Shown one piece after another: positions 42,416 through 52,980 of a DNA stretch of 64,000 nucleotides. Position 1 is the stretch's first letter, and every line of letters starts with the position of its first letter. The DNA is taken from positions 96,001 through 160,000 of the IMG/VR virus record IMGVR_UViG_3300012344_000386. The stretch is one strand, 5' to 3'. A model generated the notes under the pieces. That model ran no database searches. It saw nothing but the letters and a program-made list of their open reading frames with translations, and was not told the origin of the DNA. This DNA comes from a virus. Taxonomy: Duplodnaviria > Caudoviricetes. Position numbers and translations under genes: made by a program.

Positions 42416-44647
42416 ATGGCAGAGTTATCAAAGTTTTATTAGGTGACAAATCAAATAATGTTAGAATATATAGCTAACTAGTATGATGATACATCTGAAA
42501 CACCAAACGAGAAAGAAGTAAATTATACAATATATACAGGTAAAGATGGAAATGCATATTATACAGAGAAACCATAGGATATAGATGATCGTTATTCTAA
42601 TGGTTAGTATTTTATAAAATTTCCTGATGAATCATAGTCTGAATATACTTTTGTAGGATTAGAAAAAAATGATAAGCAATATAAAGTATTAGACAGTAGT
42701 ACTAAAAAATTAGTTTATACAGGAATTAAAAGTGATAAAGCATATACATATGATAACAATGATTTATTAAACTTTAAAGATAATACTGAAGCATATGAAA
42801 ATCATACAGGAAAGATGCATTATGATAAAATCAGATTACACTTTATATATGGATTTACATTGGATAGATTAGCAGGTATATCATTATAGGTAAAAACTAA
42901 TGCCAGATATTTAGCACCATAGCAAAAGTATTATCCTAATAGTAATTCATATAAGATGTTTGATGAAAATAATAATCCAGTATTTGAAACTCAACATGTA
43001 TATGTAGATAATAATGAAGAGATTATTAAAAATAAACCAGATGTTTTACAATCAGCATATGCGAATAATAATATAAATGACATAGAAGTAGAAAAATTAG
43101 TATATGATTATACAGATTTTTATCTTCTTGATATATTTTTTCCAAAGGAATGTTTGATATTACATAATGTCGTTAAATGGCATAAGACTCCTATATATCA
43201 AAATGGTAGGTTTTATGACAGATATATAGAATTTCTTGTACCGTCTGCATATTATATGTCTTTGAATACGCAACCATATTCTGTTGAATCACCATATGGA
43301 CATGGATAGATAATTACAGAATATGAATATATTGAAGGGTCAAAGAAACCAGTTGCATGGTATGGAAAGGTTCCATCAAAGATTAATACATTAGATAGTG
43401 AAGGTAATATATAGTCTGATAATAAACGAATTTTAGACTATCAAATATTAGAAGACCCTACATTGATAGTGAATTTCGCTACTGTATCAGAAGAAAATTT
43501 AACATCTGTAGATCCTTAGATATATTCATCTAAGTTTCATTAGGACCCTATTAATACTATAACATTAAAGTATAAATCGAATTCCGATTATTTTAATGTA
43601 AGATTATATGAAGATACTGATAATAAAGAAATTGTTTATTATCCTGTATATGGTGAAGGAAATAAAGCAAAGGAATTAACACCAGATATTATGAATAGAA
43701 TAGAAAATGGTGAAATTCCATTGGTATCAGAAGGTTTTTATGATAATTTAACTAATTCAGATATTGATTCATTTGTATAGACATATGGTTAGGATGCATA
43801 TAAATGGGTTATTTATAATGAAGTTTCTGTTACATATAAATATAGACAAATAACAAGAATACTTGAAGTACATGATGAAGATGATACAATAGATGTAATG
43901 GAGAGTTTTACTAATATCATTGATTATGGTAAACATGATTTTAATGTTGAAGGATCATTTTGGAAATGTAACTTTACTCCTAAACTTAAAATACAAAATA
44001 ATATGGTATGTAATTCTATTTCTATTTCATATACATGTAGATTAGTAAACAGATTAACAAGTGTTGAAGCTATCAGAACAGCAACAATGACTATTCCTTA
44101 TGAACAAGTTCAATTATACATGTCTCCAAAATCTATTATAAATAATATTGTAACTTATAAGGTTGTTAATCAAATAAAGAAAGATTCTGTATAGCAAACA
44201 GTAAAATATAAAGAATCACAACCAAAGATTATTCGCAGTTATTATGATGCAACTAATATCACCATTAAAGATATGAATGATAGTAATCTTTATACATAGG
44301 GATAGATGACATTGAAACTTAAACATTCATCAACAAATTATGTGTTTAGACTATTTAATCTTAATGAAGATAATATTAGAATTCCTTATGATTTAACTGG
44401 TCCGTTTAGATATTATCTTGTATTCCCTTCTAATGATGGTAATAAAATTAAGATAAAACCAAATGGTGACAGTAATGCACTTAATTTAGGAATTGGTTAG
44501 ATCGTATTTTACATATCAGAAGAAAACGTCAAGAGAATTATGAATGTATCATCAACAGATAGATATTTCGCTATTGTCACAGACAGTGATAATAATGATT
44601 CAAATTAGTCTACACTCTATGAGGGTAAAGTGGAATATTATTCATAA
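42416..44647 (+). CDS. Putative virion structural protein, TAG-recoded (743 aa)
   Basis: Track ORFs 42956, 43898 and 44306 share one frame from ATG 42416 to TAA 44647; AATAAATA at 42382-42389. Confidence 0.8.
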
Positions 44648-44713
44648 TAAAAATCTAATAAAAAGTAAACAAAATTAAAATAATTTAGTAAAATTTAAAA
44701 TTATAGTTAAAAA

Positions 44714-45763
44714 ATGGCAACAGAAGATAAGAAACATACAATTGAAGATGTACTTGCTCAGTATGCACAAACAGAAGAAGGAGCAGCACATCTTGCAGAA
44801 ATTGAACAAGGACAAACAAAACAAAATATAAAGAAAGCACCATCTGTACCTAAGACTGCATAGGATAATTTTGCAGAACAAGTTGCATAGTCAAAAATGA
44901 AGCCTTCTATGAAAGAAGCACATGCTATTGTACAAGAATAGATTAGACAAGAAGTTAGAGATAATGGTATGGGATTTGTTGAACTTCCTTTAGAGTCTCT
45001 TCCTACCGGTGGAATTTTTTATCCAGAAGGTACAAAGATTTATATACGTTCTGCATCAGGTGGTGATATTCGTCACTGGTCTATGGTTGATGAAACTGAT
45101 GTAAGTGCAATTGATGACGCATTGACATATATTATAGAGCGTTGTATGAAGATTTCATTCCCGACTGGAACAGCTTCATGGAAAGACCTTAAGGAAATTG
45201 ATAGATTTTATGTTATTCTTGCAATTCGTGATTTTACATTTACTGAAGGAAATAATGAATTGAAGATTAAGGTAACAGAGAATAAAGAAATTGTTGTACA
45301 TAAGGATGATATTAGTTTTATCGATATTAGTGATAAGATGATGAAATATTATAATATGGAAAAACGTTGTTTTACATTCCCTGTTAAAAATCCTAGAGTT
45401 AAATCTATTGATATTTACATGCCATGTGTTGGTGTTACTCAATGGTTGAAAGATTATATGAGAAGAAAACAACAGAGACAAGAACAATTTGATCAAGATT
45501 TCATTACAATTGCACCTATGCTTATTTCTGATTATAGAAAGTTAAATGATTCAAGTTATGGCGAGATTCTTAGGAATACAATGGATTGGGGTCCATATGA
45601 ATGGTCGCTTGTTTCTAAAGTCAAGAGTATCCTTCAAGAAGCTATTACACCAAAATTAGTTTATCAAGATGAAAGCGGAGCCGAGGCCGAAACACCGCTT
45701 AACTTTCAAGGCGGAATCAAAGCAATATTCAACATCAATTTGGACGAGGAATTCGATTTTTAA
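44714..45763 (+). CDS. Baseplate hub / tail assembly chaperone (T4 gp26-like), TAG-recoded
   Basis: ATG 44714 with TAGs before 44969; LPLESLPTGGIFYP..IYIR..DRFYVILAIR pattern. Confidence 0.7.
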
Positions 45764-45869
45764 TACTTGGAATTATAAGTTTTTAAAACAAACAGATATA
45801 TGGGGATTATATTGGTAGTGTTCTGATTTTTCACAAATACATGAGTTATTTAAGATACCATATGATGAT

Positions 45870-46157
45870 TTGATGCATATAGTTTATGTTCTTTCAAAAG
45901 AAATGAATTTAAGTTTTTCTGATGTTAAAGATATGGCATTTTTTGAAATTCTTACAATTCTTGATGTATATAAAGAAAATATGGAACAACAAGAAAAACA
46001 GAATAATGAAGAAAGTCAACGAATGGAAAAACAAATGACAAATATGCAAAGTCGTTATAATATGAATGATTTTAAAAATCAAATGAATAATCCTTCAAGT
46101 ATTACAAATAATTTTACACCACCAAGTATGCCTAATTTTAATATACCGAAAATATAA
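45870..46157 (+). CDS. gp51-like partner of the hub chaperone; start uncertain (frame open upstream to ATG 45669)
   Basis: LSKEMNLSFSDVKDMAFFE..YKENMEQQEK pattern. Confidence 0.6.
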   Translation: MMHIVYVLSKEMNLSFSDVKDMAFFEILTILDVYKENMEQQEKQNNEESQRMEKQMTNMQSRYNMNDFKNQMNNPSSITNNFTPPSMPNFNIPKI

Positions 46158-46172
46158 CGATAATATAGAAAA

Positions 46173-46565
46173 ATGAGTAATAAAAATGTAAAAGAAGATT
46201 TAAAAAATTTAGATATAACTATTGATCCAGAGGATATTGTAATGGACGATGATTCTGATATGCCTGAACCAGAAACAAAAACATATGAGAAATTGATTAA
46301 GTGTACACCAAAATTCATGATGTTATTCCATGATGTTGTTGATACACTTCCATATGCGACAATCCTTAAGAATTCTAATAAGGATCAAATTAAGCTTATT
46401 GATTTAGTTAAGTACGTAGAGCAGAAGTCTGATAGAATGCCTGTTGAAGAAATGGATAAGATTGTTTCATTTATTGCAAATCTTGATTTTAAACATGCAC
46501 GTCCACTTATGGAACTTATTGAGGACGCAAGCAAGCAAAGTATTCTTTGGGAACCAATTGATTAA
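46173..46565 (+). CDS. Hypothetical protein
   Basis: Intact 130-aa ORF. Confidence 0.75.
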   Translation: MSNKNVKEDLKNLDITIDPEDIVMDDDSDMPEPETKTYEKLIKCTPKFMMLFHDVVDTLPYATILKNSNKDQIKLIDLVKYVEQKSDRMPVEEMDKIVSFIANLDFKHARPLMELIEDASKQSILWEPID

Positions 46566-46570
46566 TTATT

Positions 46571-46924
46571 ATGAAGTGGTTTAAGAAAAAGAAAACAGAA
46601 TTTGAGCAAGAGGAAGAAATAGAAAAAGAAATTATTGATAATAATTTAAAACAAAAGAAGACAAACATATGTATAATAAAATATGATATTCAAGAAGATC
46701 AAGATATTCCAGAAATTATACATATATGCGATTTTCATCCAGATATTCTTCCAAATGAAGGTTCAATTATATGGGCACCAAATAAAGAGCAAACAACATT
46801 AATTCCTTATAAGGTAATTAGGTTTGACTTTATAGAGGATCCAGAACAAGAAATAAATTCAAAAATTTATATTGTTGTTTCAGATGCTAAAATAACTGAT
46901 ATAACTGCAGAAAAATTTTATTAA
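46571..46924 (+). CDS. Hypothetical protein
   Basis: Intact 117-aa ORF, followed by a hairpin. Confidence 0.75.
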   Translation: MKWFKKKKTEFEQEEEIEKEIIDNNLKQKKTNICIIKYDIQEDQDIPEIIHICDFHPDILPNEGSIIWAPNKEQTTLIPYKVIRFDFIEDPEQEINSKIYIVVSDAKITDITAEKFY

Positions 46925-46998
46925 TAGATATAGGAAGAATTGCATTTTATAATGTTTTTCTTCCTTTTTATTTTTAACTTAAATTAGTATTATAAAAT

Positions 46999-47502
46999 AT
47001 GTTTAGTAAAGCAGAAAGAAGTTCATTTAAATATTGGTTTGCACATTGGTGCGCATTCAATATGGTAGCGTTAAATCAAAAATGTTGGAAATTTAAATAT
47101 CTATTTCATGATATAGAAAAACCGTTTTTGAAATTAATTTTACCATATAAAACATTACAAAAATTTCATAGATTTCATAATAAACACCATCCGGAATATT
47201 ATTTCTTACATATGGGAAAATATCATAAATGTGATGATTATGATTTTGAAGCAACTGTTATAGATTGGGAATGTTCACATTATACAAAATCAAATTGTCC
47301 AAGGAATGCAAGGCAAGAAATAGATGCACAATATGAAATATATAAGAAAAATGAAAGTGAATATGTGAAACAAATAGCAGAGAAATATTCAGATTATTTT
47401 AATGAAATTATAGGGGAAAATGATAATAACAGATACCATGTACTGGTTGAAATTTTTTATCGAAATTTATATAAAAAATTAAGAAAAATTGGATTAAATT
47501 GA
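46999..47502 (+). CDS. HD-domain-like phosphohydrolase
   Basis: H...FHDIEK...HRFHNKHHPEY...VIDWE. Confidence 0.65.
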   Translation: MFSKAERSSFKYWFAHWCAFNMVALNQKCWKFKYLFHDIEKPFLKLILPYKTLQKFHRFHNKHHPEYYFLHMGKYHKCDDYDFEATVIDWECSHYTKSNCPRNARQEIDAQYEIYKKNESEYVKQIAEKYSDYFNEIIGENDNNRYHVLVEIFYRNLYKKLRKIGLN

Positions 47503-47536
47503 TTAAAATTTTAATGTTTTATTAAAGAAAAATAAA

Positions 47537-47812
47537 ATGAGTGAAAAAAATGTAGATTTTAATTTAACTAGTAATCAGATACATTATTATTCGTTTCTTA
47601 ATGGAAATCAATCAAAAGTAAAGAAATCTTATGAATCAAAGCATAAAGCAGAAATAGCATTAAAACAACAATCATATTTACAACATGTAAAATTAAAGCA
47701 ATTTTATGTTATATGCGAATGTCCAATATGTGATAAGTATCATATTATTCCTAAGAAAAAGATTAATAAAGAAATTGTACAATATATTGTAAATAAAAAG
47801 GATGAAACTTGA
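47537..47812 (+). CDS. Small Zn-ribbon protein
   Basis: YESKHKA..ECPICDKYHI. Confidence 0.65.
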   Translation: MSEKNVDFNLTSNQIHYYSFLNGNQSKVKKSYESKHKAEIALKQQSYLQHVKLKQFYVICECPICDKYHIIPKKKINKEIVQYIVNKKDET

Positions 47813-47836
47813 TTTTTAGTTTCATCCTTTAATTTT

Positions 47837-49387
47837 TTAAAGTCCTACAGAAAGAGGATATTTAATTACTGAATATGATTCATAATCTACAATCTTAATA
47901 TCTTCATATTTAAAATCATTTATATCTTTAATATCTTTATTAAGTTCAAGATGTGCAGGTTTATATTTAAATGGATTTCTTTGAACTTGCTTAATCGCTC
48001 CATCTAATTGATTCTTATAAATATGGCAATCACCTAATGAACATTTTACTTCATATGGTACCATATTACATACTTGTGCGATAAGATGTGTTAAAATAGA
48101 ATAACTTAATAAATCATATGGGAGTCCAAGACATGTATCAACTGAACGTTGCATCCACATACAACTTAAATATTGATGGGGAATATTAAGTTCATCTAAT
48201 TCTTTATCAGAAAGATTTTCATTAACATTATGTCTTTTCTTATATTCATCATTTCTTTCTTTATTAGTCATCTCAGTTACATACCATTGAGACAAATAAT
48301 GACAAGGAGGTAATGCCATATCTTTAATTTCACCTACATTCCATGCGGAGATCATTAATCGTCTATCATCAGGATTTGTTTTCAGCTTATGAATAAGTTC
48401 TTGTACTTGGTTTATTCCATTCCAGTCAACCCATTGCTTTCCATATACAGGACCTAAATCACCAAATATATATGTTTTACTATACATATCTCCATCTTCT
48501 ATATAATGGATAACATCTTGTTTAATAACCCTATTTATAAACTGCTCCTTAGTTGTTTGTTCATCTTTACTTTTATCAGATTCAAACTTTTGAAGATAAT
48601 ATCTATAAGCATCATCATCCCAAATATGAGTATTATTATCTACAAGATACTTAATGTTTGTATCACCATGAAGAATCCAAAGAAGTTCATGAATACATCC
48701 TTTAGAATAAACTTTTTTAGTTGTTAAAATAGGCAAACCATTTCTTAAATCAAAAGACATCATTCTTGCAAATAAAGACAATGTATCTCCTGCACGTGTA
48801 TGTTTAGTTTGACCACATTCAATAATATTATCCATTAATCGAAGATATGTATAATCAAAACATTCACATGGAACTATTTTGCTTTTATTATTATAAAAAA
48901 CAATAGGGCATATATTATCTGGATAATTATGTTTATTTAATATTAATGATTCATTAAAATTTGTTAAATCAACATTAAAGAATGTATCAAATCTATCTTC
49001 AGTTAAACCTGTATCTAAATAATCGATATACAATATATCAATAAGATTCTTTTCTAACGATTCCTTATAAATTGATCCACCACCGATAATAAATGCAGAA
49101 TCAACTTTAAGTTCTTTTGATTTTTCAATTCCTTCTTCAATTGAATGACATACATAACAGTTAGGAATTTGAATATCTTGATGTGTAATTACAATATTAA
49201 TTCTATCTTTCAATGGTTTACCAATAGACTCATATGTAGTTCTTCCCATAATAATGGAATTATTACCTTGACCTATTGTAGTTTCTTTAAACCATTTCAT
49301 ATCATTTTTATTAGACCATGGAATTCTTCCATTTTTACCGATACCCATGGTTTTTTCATCTACTGCAACAATTAAATTTACATTCAT
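47837..49387 (-). CDS. thyA: Bifunctional dihydrofolate reductase-thymidylate synthase
   Basis: DHFR motifs GIGKNGRIPW, IMGRTTYESI, PLKDRINIVI, IIGGG; TS motifs LGPVYGKQW, MALPPCH, QRSVD, GDCHIY. Confidence 0.95.
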   Translation of the reverse strand: MNVNLIVAVDEKTMGIGKNGRIPWSNKNDMKWFKETTIGQGNNSIIMGRTTYESIGKPLKDRINIVITHQDIQIPNCYVCHSIEEGIEKSKELKVDSAFIIGGGSIYKESLEKNLIDILYIDYLDTGLTEDRFDTFFNVDLTNFNESLILNKHNYPDNICPIVFYNNKSKIVPCECFDYTYLRLMDNIIECGQTKHTRAGDTLSLFARMMSFDLRNGLPILTTKKVYSKGCIHELLWILHGDTNIKYLVDNNTHIWDDDAYRYYLQKFESDKSKDEQTTKEQFINRVIKQDVIHYIEDGDMYSKTYIFGDLGPVYGKQWVDWNGINQVQELIHKLKTNPDDRRLMISAWNVGEIKDMALPPCHYLSQWYVTEMTNKERNDEYKKRHNVNENLSDKELDELNIPHQYLSCMWMQRSVDTCLGLPYDLLSYSILTHLIAQVCNMVPYEVKCSLGDCHIYKNQLDGAIKQVQRNPFKYKPAHLELNKDIKDINDFKYEDIKIVDYESYSVIKYPLSVGL

Positions 49388-49415
49388 GTAACTTCAAATA
49401 AAATTTAAATTTTTA

Positions 49416-49451
49416 ATTATATAAAACTTTTTAGTGTTTGTTTTTTATAAC
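49416..49451. promoter_or_regulatory. Overlapping divergent middle promoters AAAC-N18-TATAAT (-) and AAAC-N18-TATAAC (+)
   Basis: 49416-49443 (-) and 49424-49451 (+), both with exact 18-nt spacing. Confidence 0.6.
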
Positions 49452-49478
49452 TATTAAATATATTTTATATTATTAATT

Positions 49479-50456
49479 ATGAGTGGAATGGCAATTAAAG
49501 GGTCTCAACCTATTAAAGGTAAGGACGCTGAATATATAGCAAGTCATGTTATTAAGAAATTAAATAGTTCATGCAAAGATAAAGATGGAAATATAGTTCA
49601 TTTTAATACATGTACATTAGGATCAACCGGAAAGAAAAATCCGGATGATTATTCTGGTGATATTGATATTGCGGTAGAACTTGAATTTAATGATGATAAT
49701 ATCAATATGATTTCAGATTGTATTAAAAATTATATTTGTGATACTAATATATATGATACACAAATTAAAGTAAGTTCTGGATTTCATCTTATTTCATTTG
49801 GATTAGAATATTCTTTAAATAATGAACCATATAAATTAGTTCAGGTTGATTTGATGTTTTCTAATGATTTGAAATATACAAAGTTTATGTATCATTCACC
49901 AAATTTTAAAAATGGCGAATCTAATTTTAAAGGCTTATATAGGACGAATTTACTTATTGCATTAGCAGGAAGAGTGGAAACTTGTGTAGATGATATTGTT
50001 CAGGAAGTAAATCATTATGGTGAACAACAAGTATTGGATTACTGGAAATATACATTGACATATGATAAAGGATTATTTTTAAGACATAAAACATATAGAG
50101 GAAAAAGAGGATTATTAAAGAATCCTGTTACAGTAAAAGAAGATGATCAATTAATAACAAAAGATATTAATAAGATTATTAAGTTTGTATTAGGTGATAA
50201 TGCAACAGAAAAAGACACAAATTCATTTGAATCTTTAATTAACTTTATATTTAGTGATAAGTATAAGTATAATAATAAGGTGATTTATAATGCTTTATCA
50301 GATTTTCTTAATGATAAGAGACATGAAGATAAATTTTTGGATATTATAGCATATATTAATAAAGTAATTATGAGTAAACATAATTCTACATACAATAGTG
50401 AATATAAAAGTCATCTTATAAATGAATTGTTAAAAGAAATTTTATTACTTAAGTAA
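49479..50456 (+). CDS. Pol-beta-superfamily nucleotidyltransferase
   Basis: LGSTGKK..SGDIDIAV and VQVDLM. Confidence 0.75.
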   Translation: MSGMAIKGSQPIKGKDAEYIASHVIKKLNSSCKDKDGNIVHFNTCTLGSTGKKNPDDYSGDIDIAVELEFNDDNINMISDCIKNYICDTNIYDTQIKVSSGFHLISFGLEYSLNNEPYKLVQVDLMFSNDLKYTKFMYHSPNFKNGESNFKGLYRTNLLIALAGRVETCVDDIVQEVNHYGEQQVLDYWKYTLTYDKGLFLRHKTYRGKRGLLKNPVTVKEDDQLITKDINKIIKFVLGDNATEKDTNSFESLINFIFSDKYKYNNKVIYNALSDFLNDKRHEDKFLDIIAYINKVIMSKHNSTYNSEYKSHLINELLKEILLLK

Positions 50457-50459
50457 ATT

Positions 50460-50789
50460 ATGATAAAGTTAGAAGATTTACATATTGGTGATGAAGTAAT
50501 GACTAATATATCTAAATATCCAGCAGAAGTTATTAAACTTGAAAGTAAATCATATATTAATTATAAGAAAGCATTACAAAAAATAGATGATCCTAATGAA
50601 AGAGTTTTATTAAAATTTACAAACGATAATAAAACAGATATATGTACAATATATGATTGCGTAACATTATTGTTTGAAAATGATGATTATCTTTTTGGCG
50701 TTGATATATCTAATATAACAGAAATTATAAAATATAAAAAAGAAAATAAAGATTCATTTATAAAAAGATTATTTAAGAAAATATTTTAA
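50460..50789 (+). CDS. Hypothetical protein
   Basis: Intact ORF in operon. Confidence 0.7.
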   Translation: MIKLEDLHIGDEVMTNISKYPAEVIKLESKSYINYKKALQKIDDPNERVLLKFTNDNKTDICTIYDCVTLLFENDDYLFGVDISNITEIIKYKKENKDSFIKRLFKKIF

Positions 50790-50791
50790 TT

Positions 50792-51190
50792 ATGAAAAAG
50801 TTTTTAATTTTATTTTTGATGATGTTTAGTTTTGTAATATCATCAAACGCTCAGATTCAATATTATAAGACAACCGCATTCGCAGAGGCGAAGATTTATA
50901 ATGGAACTTATTATTGGGGTGATTGGCAAAGTTCAAGTCTTGTAATTACTTTTAACCTTAATACTGATGTTATTACAATTTACAGTCCAAAGACACAAGT
51001 ATATAAAGTTTATAAAACTGGTAATGCTTATACGGATTCAAAAGGTGGCAGGCAGGTTACTTTTTATGTAATTGACCAAGATTCAGATAAAGGAACTGTT
51101 AGACTACGTATAGATCCTTCAGGAAGTTCGCAGGTATATGTTGATTTCAGTAATGTAGGATGGGTATATTCAGTTATTAGAACATCTTAA
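50792..51190 (+). CDS. Secreted beta-rich protein
   Basis: Signal peptide MKKFLILFLMMFSFVISSNAQ. Confidence 0.75.
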   Translation: MKKFLILFLMMFSFVISSNAQIQYYKTTAFAEAKIYNGTYYWGDWQSSSLVITFNLNTDVITIYSPKTQVYKVYKTGNAYTDSKGGRQVTFYVIDQDSDKGTVRLRIDPSGSSQVYVDFSNVGWVYSVIRTS

Positions 51191-51234
51191 AAAATAAAAG
51201 GGATTTAGTTTTTTATTACTAAATCCCTTTTATT

Positions 51235-52422
51235 TTAATTATTATAACCTATTATATATACAATTTTATAACTCTATTTCTATTTGTTGTAAAATTTTTT
51301 TATATTAATTATTTTTGCATTTGCATTATTATTTTCTTTATTTAACTATACACATTTATTAATAGCTTGTGCATTTGCTTTATTCATAGCAAACATTTCA
51401 TCCCTTGAAATTCCTGATACTTCTATAATGTTATCATAATTTGTTTCTCTTTCTCCAACCTATACAAGCTCTTGAGTATTCTATACAATAGTAGAATTAT
51501 TACTTACAGTCTCGACTGCATTAGCATTTGTAAATATAGATGTTGCGAGTGCTGCTGTTAAACAAAATTTCTTTAAATATTTTTTAATGTCTATACCTTC
51601 ATTTATATCATTTGCTTCTACTTTAAGTAAAGAATCATCAACTTTAAATGTTTCTTCTATTGAATTAATTTTGTCAAATAATTTTGTTTTTAATTTATTA
51701 ATCATCTCAAGATGACCACTTCTTCTTAATACTTTGAATACAATATTTCCTGTTGCCTATTCACCATCAACCGGTAATGATTTCTTTCTTCCTTGAATAA
51801 TCTAATCATATAAATAATCTACTTTTGACTATAATAACAAAATAGCTTTATCACTGTTTAATTCATCAAATTTCCTGTTATAATATTCTATCTTATTAAT
51901 ATACATAGATGCAATTTCTCTGATTGCATTTTTATCTAATTGCTTATGCTTATATGCAGGAATTTTTAACCAATGACTATATTTAATAGAATAAATACCA
52001 TTACTTTCATTCTATTCACTTATATCCTACGCATATAATTCAACATCATAACCATATATTTTTATATTACCATGTTTATCATTCCATTCACATTTCTTTG
52101 AATAAAGATAATTCTTCACTAAATCTACATTATCATTTAATTGTTTGAAGTCAACAATTACATGTAAATCAATATCTGAATATTTAGACCAGTTATAAGA
52201 TGCTATGGAACCGACAATAACAATATCAACTGGAATTATATTTAATTCAGTTGTCTCAATAAATTCTTGTGCTATCTTTAATAAACGTTTTCTTATATTA
52301 CCTTTTAACTTACCATTTTTCCAAATCTTTGGATTTAATTTTTTCTTAAAATCGAATGATTTTAAGTTTATTTGATTTGGATATATTTTTTCTATAATAG
52401 TATTTACTTCATTAAGTTCCAT
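51235..52422 (-). CDS. Nucleotidyltransferase fused to an internal signal/TM segment and an LPP20-like domain, TAG-recoded (395 aa)
   Basis: VGSIASYNWSKYSDIDLHV; one frame from ATG 52422 to TAA 51235 with 10 TAG; AATAAATA at 52445-52452. Confidence 0.8.
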
Positions 52423-52507
52423 ATTAGAAAATATGTATTTTAAATATTTATTTAAAAAGAATTATGGTGATTACTTAAACATAGTAATCACCATAATATT
52501 TTATAAA

Positions 52508-52885
52508 TTAAATTAAATTGCAATACATACGTATATTTCCAATAAGGTCGTCTCCATCTGTTGCACATGTTGCAACAGTAAAGAAATTATAATCGTTATT
52601 TTTTATTAATACTTGATTAAGTTGAACATAAAAATTCTGATCATCAATAGATGGTACAAATACAACTTTATCTTCTATAGTAAAACATTTACCACGACTT
52701 GACATTTGATTACGTAATTTACGTGCGGTACTTTCTTCCATAATATAAAATACATCATCATCAGTTAATGTATCAAGTAATTCATCTGCTTCAAAATCAG
52801 CATCTTCATTAAGTTTTCTTTTCACTGTTTTTGAAACACTCTTCATTATACTTTCATATAAAGCTTTCTTATTTCTTGTATTCAT
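52508..52885 (-). CDS. Hypothetical late protein with L-x-E leader
   Basis: MNTRNKKALYESIMKSVSKTVKRKLNE; AATAAATA at 52913-52920. Confidence 0.75.
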   Translation of the reverse strand: MNTRNKKALYESIMKSVSKTVKRKLNEDADFEADELLDTLTDDDVFYIMEESTARKLRNQMSSRGKCFTIEDKVVFVPSIDDQNFYVQLNQVLIKNNDYNFFTVATCATDGDDLIGNIRMYCNLI

Positions 52886-52980
52886 AATTTAGTTTTTTTT
52901 TTTCTTATAATTTATTTATTCAATAAAACTTTAGTAATTAATAGAAATATAAAATATAGAAAAATTATATTTTTAATAAA

